Assembly (NCBI GenBank): GCA_037444405.1
Contig: JBBIML010000008.1
Location: 96,001-160,000 of the forward strand
Direction: 5' to 3'
DNA from: Armatimonadota bacterium
GTDB taxonomy: Bacteria > Armatimonadota > Fimbriimonadia > Fimbriimonadales > GBS-DC
Length of the DNA stretch: 64,000 nucleotides
Below the pieces are notes generated by a model. The model was not told where the DNA came from and did not search any database. It saw nothing but the letters and a program-made list of their open reading frames with translations. The position numbers and the translations under genes are program-made. Positions 9,621 to 17,954 of this stretch are shown here, in pieces (position 1 is the first letter of the stretch; each line of letters opens with the position of its first letter).

Positions 9621-11605
9621 CGTCGTTCTCCTCCTCTGGCATGGGTTCGATTCGCTGTAGGGTGTGGCATCTCCTGCAAGCTCTGAGTGAACAGCAGCGC
9701 CCAGTAGTGGAATGCGATCATCGCTGCCATCAGCATGCCCAGATCGTTCAGCAGGAAGCATAGCACGCCCGCCGTTAGCCACGCTATCTGCAGCGGGCGC
9801 GGAATTGGGGACACCACCTGCGTCCGTCGCAGCCATCGCACCGCGAGCAGGCTCGTCAGCAGCAGGACCGCCCACGGCGACAGCAGCGACTCGCCCAGAT
9901 TCATCGCGATTTTGCGGGCAATCAGCTGCGAGGCGTCGGGGCTATGCGCAGGGCTTGCAGGTTCGGTCAGGCTCGCCCAGAAAGCGTGCAGATGCGGTGT
10001 GTTGAACCACAGCAACACTAGGCTCACCAGTGCGACACCCCCCAGCCCCAGCATGGTAGAAACGCGCTTCCTGCGTAGCAGGGGCGTCCCTGCCCCTGCA
10101 GTAAGGGCTATCCCGAACGCCAGCAGGGTGCCGATGGTCGCCAGCGTCGCGCCCACATTCGCCGATTGCCAGCCCATCCAGAGCGTAAACAGCGCCAGCA
10201 AAATGAGCGCGCCGAGCGGCAGCCCCTCGATGCGCAGCCACGCCGCGCACAGAATCAGCACCCAGCTGAGCGCGAGCGCCGCGTACGGATTGCCGACGCC
10301 ATAGAACCGATAGCCGCCAAGCAGTGTGTAGCCGAACAGCCCGTCGCGGTTCCAGTCGCCGCCGCTGAGCGTATCCAGCACGAGCGCGATCAGCCCCAGC
10401 CCCGCTATCGCTCCCAGCCCCACCAGCGGCGTGTCGAGCGCGCGTGCCAGCCAGCCGAGCATCGCCATTCCGAGCAGCACGATCAGGGTCGCGCTCCAGA
10501 GGATGGATGTGGGCAGTGCGGCGGGCAGCAGGCTGGCAACGCCGAGCGCCACCCCCCACACGCCCCATGTGGCAGGTTCCACCAGCGCACGCCACGCAGG
10601 CGAGGTGTCGGCAGAGGCGGGGCGCGGCGCGGGCGACGGCTGACCCACCACACGCAGGCGAACTGCCGCCCGCTGGCGTATCTCACGCCCCATACGGTAC
10701 GCCCACCAGCAGCCCAGCAGCACCAGCCCAATCCACACCGCCCGGATCCATAACGCGCCCCGCCACAGCGGCTGACGCTTCAGCCACGAATCGCGCACCA
10801 GCAGCAACGCCTCCACCTTCACGGATGTGCCGTCCCCACGCAACGGCGCGCCCAGCCCTGGTCGGATACGCCACCCCAGCGCGACAAAGATGGTCGGGTT
10901 CAGCGAGAGCGTCTGACCCGCGCCTCGCACACGCACCGAATCGTCCCACAGCCAGCCTCTGCCAACCTGCCCGCCGCGCAGCCACACTGCCCACGGCGTC
11001 TTCGCCGTTAGCGAACTGCCCACCACAATCATCAGATCGTCAGACTGATTGTAAAATTGCGCGAGGAGCGCCAGCCAGCGATCAATCTGCTGCCAGGCGC
11101 GCTGCAACAGCTGTTCCGCCTGCGCAGGTGTGCAGAATTCCGCGTAGCGCAGGGCACGCTCCACCTCGCTGAGATGCACATAGAGCCACTTCGACTGCCG
11201 TATATCGCGCTGCCATGCGCGGGGTAGCGCCTCTGGCGCAGTGCGTATGCCGAATGCCATACCTGCATCGGGCAACAGGGGCAGCAGGCGCACAGCGGGT
11301 GGCGGCGTGCCACTGAGATGGGTATCGCGTGGTAGGGGCGCCCGACTGTGCGCCCCTACCTCTGTGGCGGGTTCGCCCGTCTCATAATCCACCAGCCACA
11401 GGGCGGCGTCCCACTCGCGGGAGGGCACAGCGTGATTGGCGGTCGGCACCAGCCAGCCTGCCGTGCCTTCAGTCAGCGCGCGCTGGAGCCACACACTGCG
11501 GGCGAACATCGCATCGCCTCCCGCCACAATCACTATCAGCACCCGCGCCTGCACAACTGTTAGCAGGCTCGCCACCAGAAGGCTGGTCATTAACCCTCGC
11601 GCCAT
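9617..11605 (-). CDS. Hypothetical membrane protein (extracytoplasmic N-terminal domain plus multi-TM C-terminal domain)
   Basis: Signal peptide; about 10 hydrophobic segments; motifs GYRFYGVGN, GATLAT, IARKIAMN and LLNDLG. Confidence 0.7.
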   Translation of the reverse strand: MARGLMTSLLVASLLTVVQARVLIVIVAGGDAMFARSVWLQRALTEGTAGWLVPTANHAVPSREWDAALWLVDYETGEPATEVGAHSRAPLPRDTHLSGTPPPAVRLLPLLPDAGMAFGIRTAPEALPRAWQRDIRQSKWLYVHLSEVERALRYAEFCTPAQAEQLLQRAWQQIDRWLALLAQFYNQSDDLMIVVGSSLTAKTPWAVWLRGGQVGRGWLWDDSVRVRGAGQTLSLNPTIFVALGWRIRPGLGAPLRGDGTSVKVEALLLVRDSWLKRQPLWRGALWIRAVWIGLVLLGCWWAYRMGREIRQRAAVRLRVVGQPSPAPRPASADTSPAWRALVEPATWGVWGVALGVASLLPAALPTSILWSATLIVLLGMAMLGWLARALDTPLVGLGAIAGLGLIALVLDTLSGGDWNRDGLFGYTLLGGYRFYGVGNPYAALALSWVLILCAAWLRIEGLPLGALILLALFTLWMGWQSANVGATLATIGTLLAFGIALTAGAGTPLLRRKRVSTMLGLGGVALVSLVLLWFNTPHLHAFWASLTEPASPAHSPDASQLIARKIAMNLGESLLSPWAVLLLTSLLAVRWLRRTQVVSPIPRPLQIAWLTAGVLCFLLNDLGMLMAAMIAFHYWALLFTQSLQEMPHPTANRTHARGGERR
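11332..11359. repeat. Intragenic REP-like palindrome GTAGGGGCG-N10-CGCCCCTAC
   Basis: Same GTAGGGGCG head as the REPs at 7027-7050; translated in frame as VGAHSRAPL. Confidence 0.7.
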
Positions 11606-11629
11606 CGGCTTCTATCTTACCTGCCACCT

Positions 11630-12064
11630 TCAGGGTACGCATTTCACTTCTGGATAGCGGTTGAAATCAGCGGGATTGAAAGTGCATAAGTGTTTAATCT
11701 CATAGCTTGCCATCCACGCTACCAGGCGCGCATCATGCGCCTCACGCCCCAGAACCGAATATTGGCGACAAACCTCCATCCAGCGCAACCACAGGTCCTG
11801 CTGATCTGGCAAAAGCAGAAAATCGGCAGCGACCTGTTGAAGCAGTTCATAAGCTTCTTCAGCTGTCATGCCAAAGCCATTCCGCGCTTTTGGGCGAGTC
11901 ATTACCACCCACATCTCATACAGTACCTGCGGCGCGACGCAGAGGATATAGCCTTGCTGCTCAAGCCACTGAAGGGATGCCACCGCCTGAATATGAAGAG
12001 GGTCATCCCTGGCGTAATACCGCAGAATTACTGAGGTATCTACCAGAGCCTTCTGTTCACTCAT
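11630..12064 (-). CDS. PIN domain (VapC-like) ribonuclease
   Basis: VDTSVILR, PQVLYEMW, HDARLVA and TFNPADF carry the PIN acidic residues; start MSEQK at 12064. Confidence 0.88.
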   Translation of the reverse strand: MSEQKALVDTSVILRYYARDDPLHIQAVASLQWLEQQGYILCVAPQVLYEMWVVMTRPKARNGFGMTAEEAYELLQQVAADFLLLPDQQDLWLRWMEVCRQYSVLGREAHDARLVAWMASYEIKHLCTFNPADFNRYPEVKCVP

Positions 12065-12929
12065 CGTAGAATCCAGAGGCGCGAGAGCTGTGGACAGGAT
12101 CCGGTAAAGAAACCCCTTCCAGGATTCCTGCGTGTGCGGGAAGCAAACCGTTGTAAACCAGACCGTAGTTCTTCTCGTCAATCAAACCCCATACCCGATC
12201 GAACTGCCCCCACAGCTCACGCCCCCACGGCACATTTGCGCTGGGATTCTGATAGATTTCAAGCACAGGGATTTTCTCTTCTACATCAATCCTCTTGTGA
12301 CAATATTTTTTATATATCTTTTGATATTTATTTATAAAATCTCTGAAATTTTTGTATTTGATCTGCCTGATTTCTTGTTCAAAACCTGAAAGGTGGGCTT
12401 TGACTCTTTCAGTACGCAGTACCGCAATCGCGCTGAGATGAGGATTTTTAGAGAGCAGTCCTTGCGATAGAACCATGACCTGTACCAGCTCCTCTTTCCC
12501 GTCAGGAGCGGGTTGAAAAGCGATTGCTGTGCCGAATAAAGGTCGGCGAAGATGAAGTTGAAAAGTTCTTATTCCGAGCAGATCATGGATTACTAACATT
12601 GCAGGCAATCTTTCGTATTTATTTCTCATAATCACCTTGTGTAATTGCTTAGCTTCTTTGAAAATCTTCGGAACAGGAGCATTACCTCCCCCACCCACCA
12701 CCCCTCTTCCCTCAAGGCACTCGATGTCCTTTTGATAGCTATCAATATCGAACCCACTCACTTCAACCAGGGCCCTGGGTGCGCCAGAGGCGTCCAGGAT
12801 GGTGAAGTCGGGTGCAGCGTCGCCTTTGTTCAGCCCCAGCTGGCGACGGAACTCTGCTTCTGTCCAGTATTGCCAGCCCTGCCGTTCCAGATACTCGCGG
12901 AACAGGTTCTCTGCTTGCTTATAGTGCAT
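12057..12929 (-). CDS. Hypothetical protein, possible PD-(D/E)XK nuclease-like fold; AT-rich
   Basis: AENLFREYLERQGW...APDFTIL...LVEVSG; 12301-12360 has only 8 G+C in 60 nt. Confidence 0.6.
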   Translation of the reverse strand: MHYKQAENLFREYLERQGWQYWTEAEFRRQLGLNKGDAAPDFTILDASGAPRALVEVSGFDIDSYQKDIECLEGRGVVGGGGNAPVPKIFKEAKQLHKVIMRNKYERLPAMLVIHDLLGIRTFQLHLRRPLFGTAIAFQPAPDGKEELVQVMVLSQGLLSKNPHLSAIAVLRTERVKAHLSGFEQEIRQIKYKNFRDFINKYQKIYKKYCHKRIDVEEKIPVLEIYQNPSANVPWGRELWGQFDRVWGLIDEKNYGLVYNGLLPAHAGILEGVSLPDPVHSSRASGFYDE

Positions 12930-12947
12930 GCTTCCATTTTACCATGT

Positions 12948-14321
12948 CTACCCCACCGCCTCCACGATGTAGCGCACGATGAACACCAGCGCGAACACCA
13001 GCACCAGCCAGTGAACCTCGCGCAGCCGCCCCGTGACCAGCTTCAGCACCGTGTAGCTGATGAAGCCGATTGCGATTCCTTCGGTGATGCTGACGGTGAA
13101 CGCCATCAGCGCGATGGTCAGGAAGGCGGGCAGCGATTCGGTGAGGTCGTCCCAGTGGATATGGCGTACGCCTGTCAGCATGAACGCGCCTACCAGGATC
13201 AGCGCGGGCGCGATAATCGGGTACTGCTTGAACGGGAACTCGACGCCTGGCGCCAGCGTCCAGTTGACGGTGGTTTCCGCTGTGAGCACTGCGACCAGCG
13301 GATAGACGAACAGCCCTGCCAGCATCAGGATGCCAGCGGTGATGGCGGTCAGCCCGGTGCGTCCGCCTGCCGAGACGCCCGCCGCGCTCTCGATGTAGGC
13401 GGTGATGGTGGAGGTGCCCAGCAGTCCGCCCAGCGTGGTGGCAATCGCGTCGCTCAGCAGCGCCCGCCCCGCGCGGGGCAGCCGTCCGTTCTGGAGCAGC
13501 CCTGCCTGCGCACTCACGCCAATCAGCGTGCCCACCGTGTCGAACACCGACGCCAGAAAGAAGATGAACACGATGGTAATCAGCTCCGTCCCATGCGCGA
13601 ACAAGCCCCTTAAATCCAGCTTCAGAAAGGTCGGCTCGATGGAGGGTGGCAGCCAGCTCTGCGTACGGAGCGGCTCCGTGCTGGTCAGTCCCATCAGTAA
13701 GGCAACCATCAGGCTCGCCATCAGCCCGGTCAGGATCGCGCCCCGGATGCGCAGCACAGTCAGCACCGCCATCACGATGAAGCCCACGCCCGCCACCAGC
13801 ACTGACGGGCTGCCCAGGTCGCCAATCTGCACCAGCGTGCCGGGACTCGCCTTAACAAAGCCGCCCCATTCCAGCCCGATCAGGGTGATGAGCAGCCCGA
13901 TGCCCACCGCGATGCCGTGCTTGAGCGATTGGGGCACGCTGTCCACAATCGCCTCGCGGAAGCGCACGGCGGACAGCAGGATGAACAGCACGCCCGACAG
14001 AAAGACCGCCGCCAGCGCCTGCTGCCAGCTGTAGCCCATTAGCAGGCAGACCGTGTAGGCAAAAAAGGCGTTATGCCCCATGCCGGGCGCACCCGCAATC
14101 GGGTAGTTCGCCAGCAAGCCTATCAGGATGCTCACCGTCGCGGCGCACAGGCAGGTCGCCACCATCACCGCGCCCTTGTCCATGCCCGCCACGCTCAAAA
14201 TGGCAGGATTGACAAAGATGATGTAGCTCATCGTAAGGAAGGTCGTAAGCCCCGCCAGCAGCTCCTGACGAACCGTTGTGCCCGACTCCCTTAACCGAAA
14301 AAGGTGCTCCAGCCAGTTCAT
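12948..14321 (-). CDS. NCS2/AzgA family purine permease
   Basis: ELLAGLTTFLTMSYIIFVNP, APGMGHNAFF and YIESAAGVSAGGRTGLTA. Confidence 0.93.
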   Translation of the reverse strand: MNWLEHLFRLRESGTTVRQELLAGLTTFLTMSYIIFVNPAILSVAGMDKGAVMVATCLCAATVSILIGLLANYPIAGAPGMGHNAFFAYTVCLLMGYSWQQALAAVFLSGVLFILLSAVRFREAIVDSVPQSLKHGIAVGIGLLITLIGLEWGGFVKASPGTLVQIGDLGSPSVLVAGVGFIVMAVLTVLRIRGAILTGLMASLMVALLMGLTSTEPLRTQSWLPPSIEPTFLKLDLRGLFAHGTELITIVFIFFLASVFDTVGTLIGVSAQAGLLQNGRLPRAGRALLSDAIATTLGGLLGTSTITAYIESAAGVSAGGRTGLTAITAGILMLAGLFVYPLVAVLTAETTVNWTLAPGVEFPFKQYPIIAPALILVGAFMLTGVRHIHWDDLTESLPAFLTIALMAFTVSITEGIAIGFISYTVLKLVTGRLREVHWLVLVFALVFIVRYIVEAVG

Positions 14322-14411
14322 CGCTCTCCTCCGTGAACCCCTATAAGAGTACCCGCTCCGCGGAACACCATCGGGCAGGAATCGAGCTACTGAGCGTGTA
14401 TAATCCGGGTT

Positions 14412-15392
14412 ATGAATGCAACCGTTGGTTGGAGCGTTTCGTGTGCGCTGTTGATCGGGCTGGTGAGCATGGCAGCACGCCAGCCACAGGGGAAACCGCC
14501 GGCGCAGGCTGCCCTGCCCAAAACGCGCGGGCAGTGCGAGGTGTGCCACCGCCAGGAAGCGCTGGACTGGAGCCAGTCGCGCCACGCGCAGGCATGGGTC
14601 AGCGAAACCTTCGCCATGTCCACCAGCAACCGTTCCATCAAGATGTGCCTGCCCTGCCACGCGCCCGAGCCGATTCTGGTTAAGGGCTTCGGCGAGCATC
14701 CCGACCTGCGCGGCGACGAGCGCGAACACGGCATCGACTGCATCAGCTGCCACCGCGATGCGAACGGCGCCTATCATGGCAGGCTCGGCACCCAGCCCGA
14801 AGACCACCCCGGTCCCATCGTCAAAAACGAGAAGTTCGGCACGCACGAGATGTGCGGCACCTGCCACGAGGTGTTCGGCACCTACGACGCCTTCAAGCAG
14901 ACGCAGTGGGCGAAAGACCCCGACGGCTGCATCAACTGCCATATGCCTGTCGTGGAGCGACCGATTGCCGTCGCGCCATCGGGACTGCCCGCCCGCAAAG
15001 CGCGCGTGCATAAGTTCGAGGGCGCAACCCCCGAAATGTTCCAGAAGGGCGTCAAAGTCGCCGCCGAACGCAAGAACGACGCCCTGCAGGTGAGCATGGA
15101 AAGCGTGTGGGTCGGACACACCGTGCCCACAGGACCCGAGCAGGTGGTGATGATTGTCGATGTGCGCCTGCTGAAAGCGGGCAGTGAGGTCGGCAAGAAG
15201 CAGGAACTGCTCGCCGATAATGTCGCCATCGACGGCTCCGACACCCGCCTGCAACCGGGCGAACGGCGCGTGTTCCGCATCCCGCTGATTGGCGAACCCG
15301 ACGAAGCGCTCGTGCGAATCCTGCACAAGCGCAACCGCGACCTCCCTGACGAAAAGGCGACCATCCTGTACGAAACGAAGGTGAAACTATGA
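14412..15392 (+). CDS. Exported pentaheme c-type cytochrome (c554/c552-like N-terminus)
   Basis: Signal peptide; five CxxCH motifs (CEVCH, CLPCH, CISCH, CGTCH, CINCH); WSQSRHA and GHTVPTG. Confidence 0.88.
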   Translation: MNATVGWSVSCALLIGLVSMAARQPQGKPPAQAALPKTRGQCEVCHRQEALDWSQSRHAQAWVSETFAMSTSNRSIKMCLPCHAPEPILVKGFGEHPDLRGDEREHGIDCISCHRDANGAYHGRLGTQPEDHPGPIVKNEKFGTHEMCGTCHEVFGTYDAFKQTQWAKDPDGCINCHMPVVERPIAVAPSGLPARKARVHKFEGATPEMFQKGVKVAAERKNDALQVSMESVWVGHTVPTGPEQVVMIVDVRLLKAGSEVGKKQELLADNVAIDGSDTRLQPGERRVFRIPLIGEPDEALVRILHKRNRDLPDEKATILYETKVKL

Positions 15393-16804
15393 AGCGATTC
15401 GCTGGCTTGCTGACGCTCTGGCTCGCGCTGGGGTTCACTCAACCCGTGCAGAACCCCATGGTGGCGATTGCCGGCAAAATCGTGGGGATCGATGCGCCCA
15501 TTCAGATCACCGCCGAAACCAATGTGGTCGGCTTCGACTGGCTGGAAAATGGGCGATACCTCGTGTATCAGATAGTGCCGCCAGAGAGCAGAGAGCACTA
15601 TATCGCGCCCTCCAGCGATTCCACCCTCTGGCGGCGACAATTCCTGACCGCCCTCTATCTCTATGACACCCGCACTCGCCGCACCACGCTCATCCATCGC
15701 GACAACATCGACGACTGGCGCGTGGTGCTGAACGGCAGGGCGGTGCTGTATGTCGTGCACGACGCCCTGATGGAACGGGCAGCGAACGGCGCGCATGAAA
15801 AGTCGCGTGCCACACTCTACCTGCGCTCGCCCAGCCGGAGCCAGCCGAAGGTGATTCTGCAAATGGATACGCACATCGGGCTGAGCTGTTCACCAAATGG
15901 GCGCTATGTGCTGGTCAGCGCACCTGGCGCATCGGAAGGCAACCCGCTGATCGATCTGCAAACGGGTCGCACTGTTCGCACCTTCGGCAGCGCTCTATGG
16001 GTTTCGTCCGTCTGGAGCGACGATAGCACCCTCTATCTGGGCATCCACCGCAATCGGCAAAAGGACTATTTTGTCTATAATGTGCGCACCAATGAGATAA
16101 AGCCGATTACGGAGAGTGTGTACCGTCAGGTAATCCAGCAGAAGCCCTCGCCAATATATCGCCTGCTACGCTACGCGACGCGCCGTCTGCGCCTGCAAAC
16201 CCAGCTTGACACCCTACCTGCGGAAGGGATCGGCATAGCCCCCCTGACGCTGGAGCCGAAGTATAGTGCCACCCTGCTCTATCTCGAATCGCTGGAGGCG
16301 AAGACCGAGCGCTATCGTCGGGCGACGGTGGCGCACGATAGCGATTCGCAGCTCTGCTCGCTGGCGCCTGATGAGAGCGGCGTCGCCTACTGCAACTGGC
16401 GCGGACAGCTATTCTATGTGCCCCTGCGCCCGCGCGACCCCAGAACTCTGCCCGAATTGCTCGCCTGCGGACTGGAACCCACACGCGAGCAGATTCGTGA
16501 CTACTACCTTAGCAATGGCAAGCAGATTGCGCTGGCGACGCTGATGTACTGTGCGGACTATGATGAGATATTCCCACCCAGCCAGAACATTACTGACCTG
16601 CTGTTTCCCTATGTCAAAAACCACGATGTGTTTCGGGACGCCTTCACAGGGCAACTGATCTTCACCTACCTGATGGATGGTCAAACCCTGTCCAGCATCA
16701 CGGAACCTGCCACGACTCCCATCGGTCGCCTCGACTGGGGCGACCCCGAATGGGTGGTGGTTCTGTACGCGGATGGTTATGTGAAAGCCGAGCGCCGGCA
16801 ATAG
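15389..16804 (+). CDS. Secreted TolB/WD40-like beta-propeller protein with C-terminal DUF1559/H-X9-DG-like domain
   Basis: Signal peptide; WLENGRYLVY, SPNGRYVLV and APDESGVAY repeats; SNGKQIALATLMYCADYDEIFP and VVLYADGYVK. Confidence 0.65.
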   Translation: MKRFAGLLTLWLALGFTQPVQNPMVAIAGKIVGIDAPIQITAETNVVGFDWLENGRYLVYQIVPPESREHYIAPSSDSTLWRRQFLTALYLYDTRTRRTTLIHRDNIDDWRVVLNGRAVLYVVHDALMERAANGAHEKSRATLYLRSPSRSQPKVILQMDTHIGLSCSPNGRYVLVSAPGASEGNPLIDLQTGRTVRTFGSALWVSSVWSDDSTLYLGIHRNRQKDYFVYNVRTNEIKPITESVYRQVIQQKPSPIYRLLRYATRRLRLQTQLDTLPAEGIGIAPLTLEPKYSATLLYLESLEAKTERYRRATVAHDSDSQLCSLAPDESGVAYCNWRGQLFYVPLRPRDPRTLPELLACGLEPTREQIRDYYLSNGKQIALATLMYCADYDEIFPPSQNITDLLFPYVKNHDVFRDAFTGQLIFTYLMDGQTLSSITEPATTPIGRLDWGDPEWVVVLYADGYVKAERRQ

Positions 16805-16840
16805 AAGCTTCTTCACGCGCTCGCACCGCAGAGGCTAAAC

Positions 16841-16876
16841 AAAAAAGCGGGGACAGGCGGTCAAGCCTGTCCCCGC
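16841..16876 (-). terminator. Intrinsic terminator (possibly bidirectional)
   Basis: Perfect 12-bp stem gcggggacaggc/gcctgtccccgc with 6-nt loop and an A6 tract on the left, between convergent genes. Confidence 0.85.
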
Positions 16877-16882
16877 CTCGAC

Positions 16883-17674
16883 TCATTCAGCCGGGACATA
16901 CCGGAAGCAGATACATATGCACACCGACCCCAGCCTCCAGCAGATACATGTTAGGTCGCCTTGACGCTTAAAAGCAGGGCAGTCATCGATAGGGCTGACG
17001 GAGCCAGGCACCCACCTGTTTATAAAGAGTTCCCACTCTCCAGAAGCATTTTGCTGGTAGAGGTCTGCCCAGATAGCGCCTGTGCGATCCTGGTACACAC
17101 GCACCCCGTAGAAGCCACTGTCTAGGACAATATCTTCCCCGGAGGAACCTCGGATTTTCCCCCGACGCAGATAGAGGACGCCATAACCTTCCTGCGAGTT
17201 GGGGTCATCAGCATGGAGCCATATGATGTTCACGCTCCGTCGCTCGCCGTTCACCTCTGTTGTGCCGCTGTAGATATCAGCAGTAGTGGGATCGAGGGGC
17301 ACGCCTAAAAAATCAGTCGGCATTCGAGGAACAAGTTTTTCCCGATGCTGTCGGAACAGCGCGTCGATGCTTGGGTTCACCTGAGTGCCGAAACAGAACA
17401 GCACCTGGAGCAGGTCTGCATCGTCCACGACGCCATCGTTGTTAACATCGGCGTTGAGACAGTCCGTCTGGGCGTTCAGTGTGCCTGTCAGAGCGGTGAA
17501 ACAGAGCATAAGCGCCGCCGCCAGTCCGAACAGGCGTTGAGTCCATGGTCGGTGTGAACCAGTGGGGTTCACTGATACTGCAACGGGACGACGGCTCCCA
17601 TGGGAGCCATTACAAGCGCCAATCTGCGCACCAGAGTGCGCTTCTGTCAGGTACTCCGTTCGAAAGGTTCCCAT
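16883..17674 (-). CDS. Secreted hypothetical protein with dockerin/EF-hand-like motif and Cys-rich tail
   Basis: SD AGGTGGAG; hydrophobic signal; ADVNNDGVVDDADLLQVLFCFG; C-terminal CICWRLGSVCICICF; lower GC. Confidence 0.7.
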   Translation of the reverse strand: MGTFRTEYLTEAHSGAQIGACNGSHGSRRPVAVSVNPTGSHRPWTQRLFGLAAALMLCFTALTGTLNAQTDCLNADVNNDGVVDDADLLQVLFCFGTQVNPSIDALFRQHREKLVPRMPTDFLGVPLDPTTADIYSGTTEVNGERRSVNIIWLHADDPNSQEGYGVLYLRRGKIRGSSGEDIVLDSGFYGVRVYQDRTGAIWADLYQQNASGEWELFINRWVPGSVSPIDDCPAFKRQGDLTCICWRLGSVCICICFRYVPAE

Positions 17675-17954
17675 TTTGGATCTCCACCTATTTAATGCAC
17701 TTCAGGGCGCAAATGTACCTGGCATTCTTAGGATGAACAGAACCTTTGCGCCTTTTTCTGCCCTCGTCAAACCAGGGCAAGAATATAAAAGTGAATAACA
17801 GCAATTTTTGTGCCAAAAGGTTCTTTTCGGGTTGTAGGAAACGCGCTGCGTTGGTTCGGAGCCTACCAGCTCCGCTAAGGCGAAATCCTTTCTTCGAACA
17901 GCCAGTCAAAAATCGAGGTATACTATCGGTAGCACAGACCGATGGAGGTGACCG

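Noticed and set aside
14321..14412. Purine riboswitch upstream of the NCS2 permease
   Set aside because: The 90-bp gap shows no purine aptamer core; it holds a divergent promoter and an SD.
12948..15326. 792-aa permease fusion, and other long N-terminal extensions in the ORF track (1267..2796, 21851..23965, 22025..24718, 3618..4610)
   Set aside because: The extensions overlap real genes in other frames or strands; internal starts have SD or -10 support.
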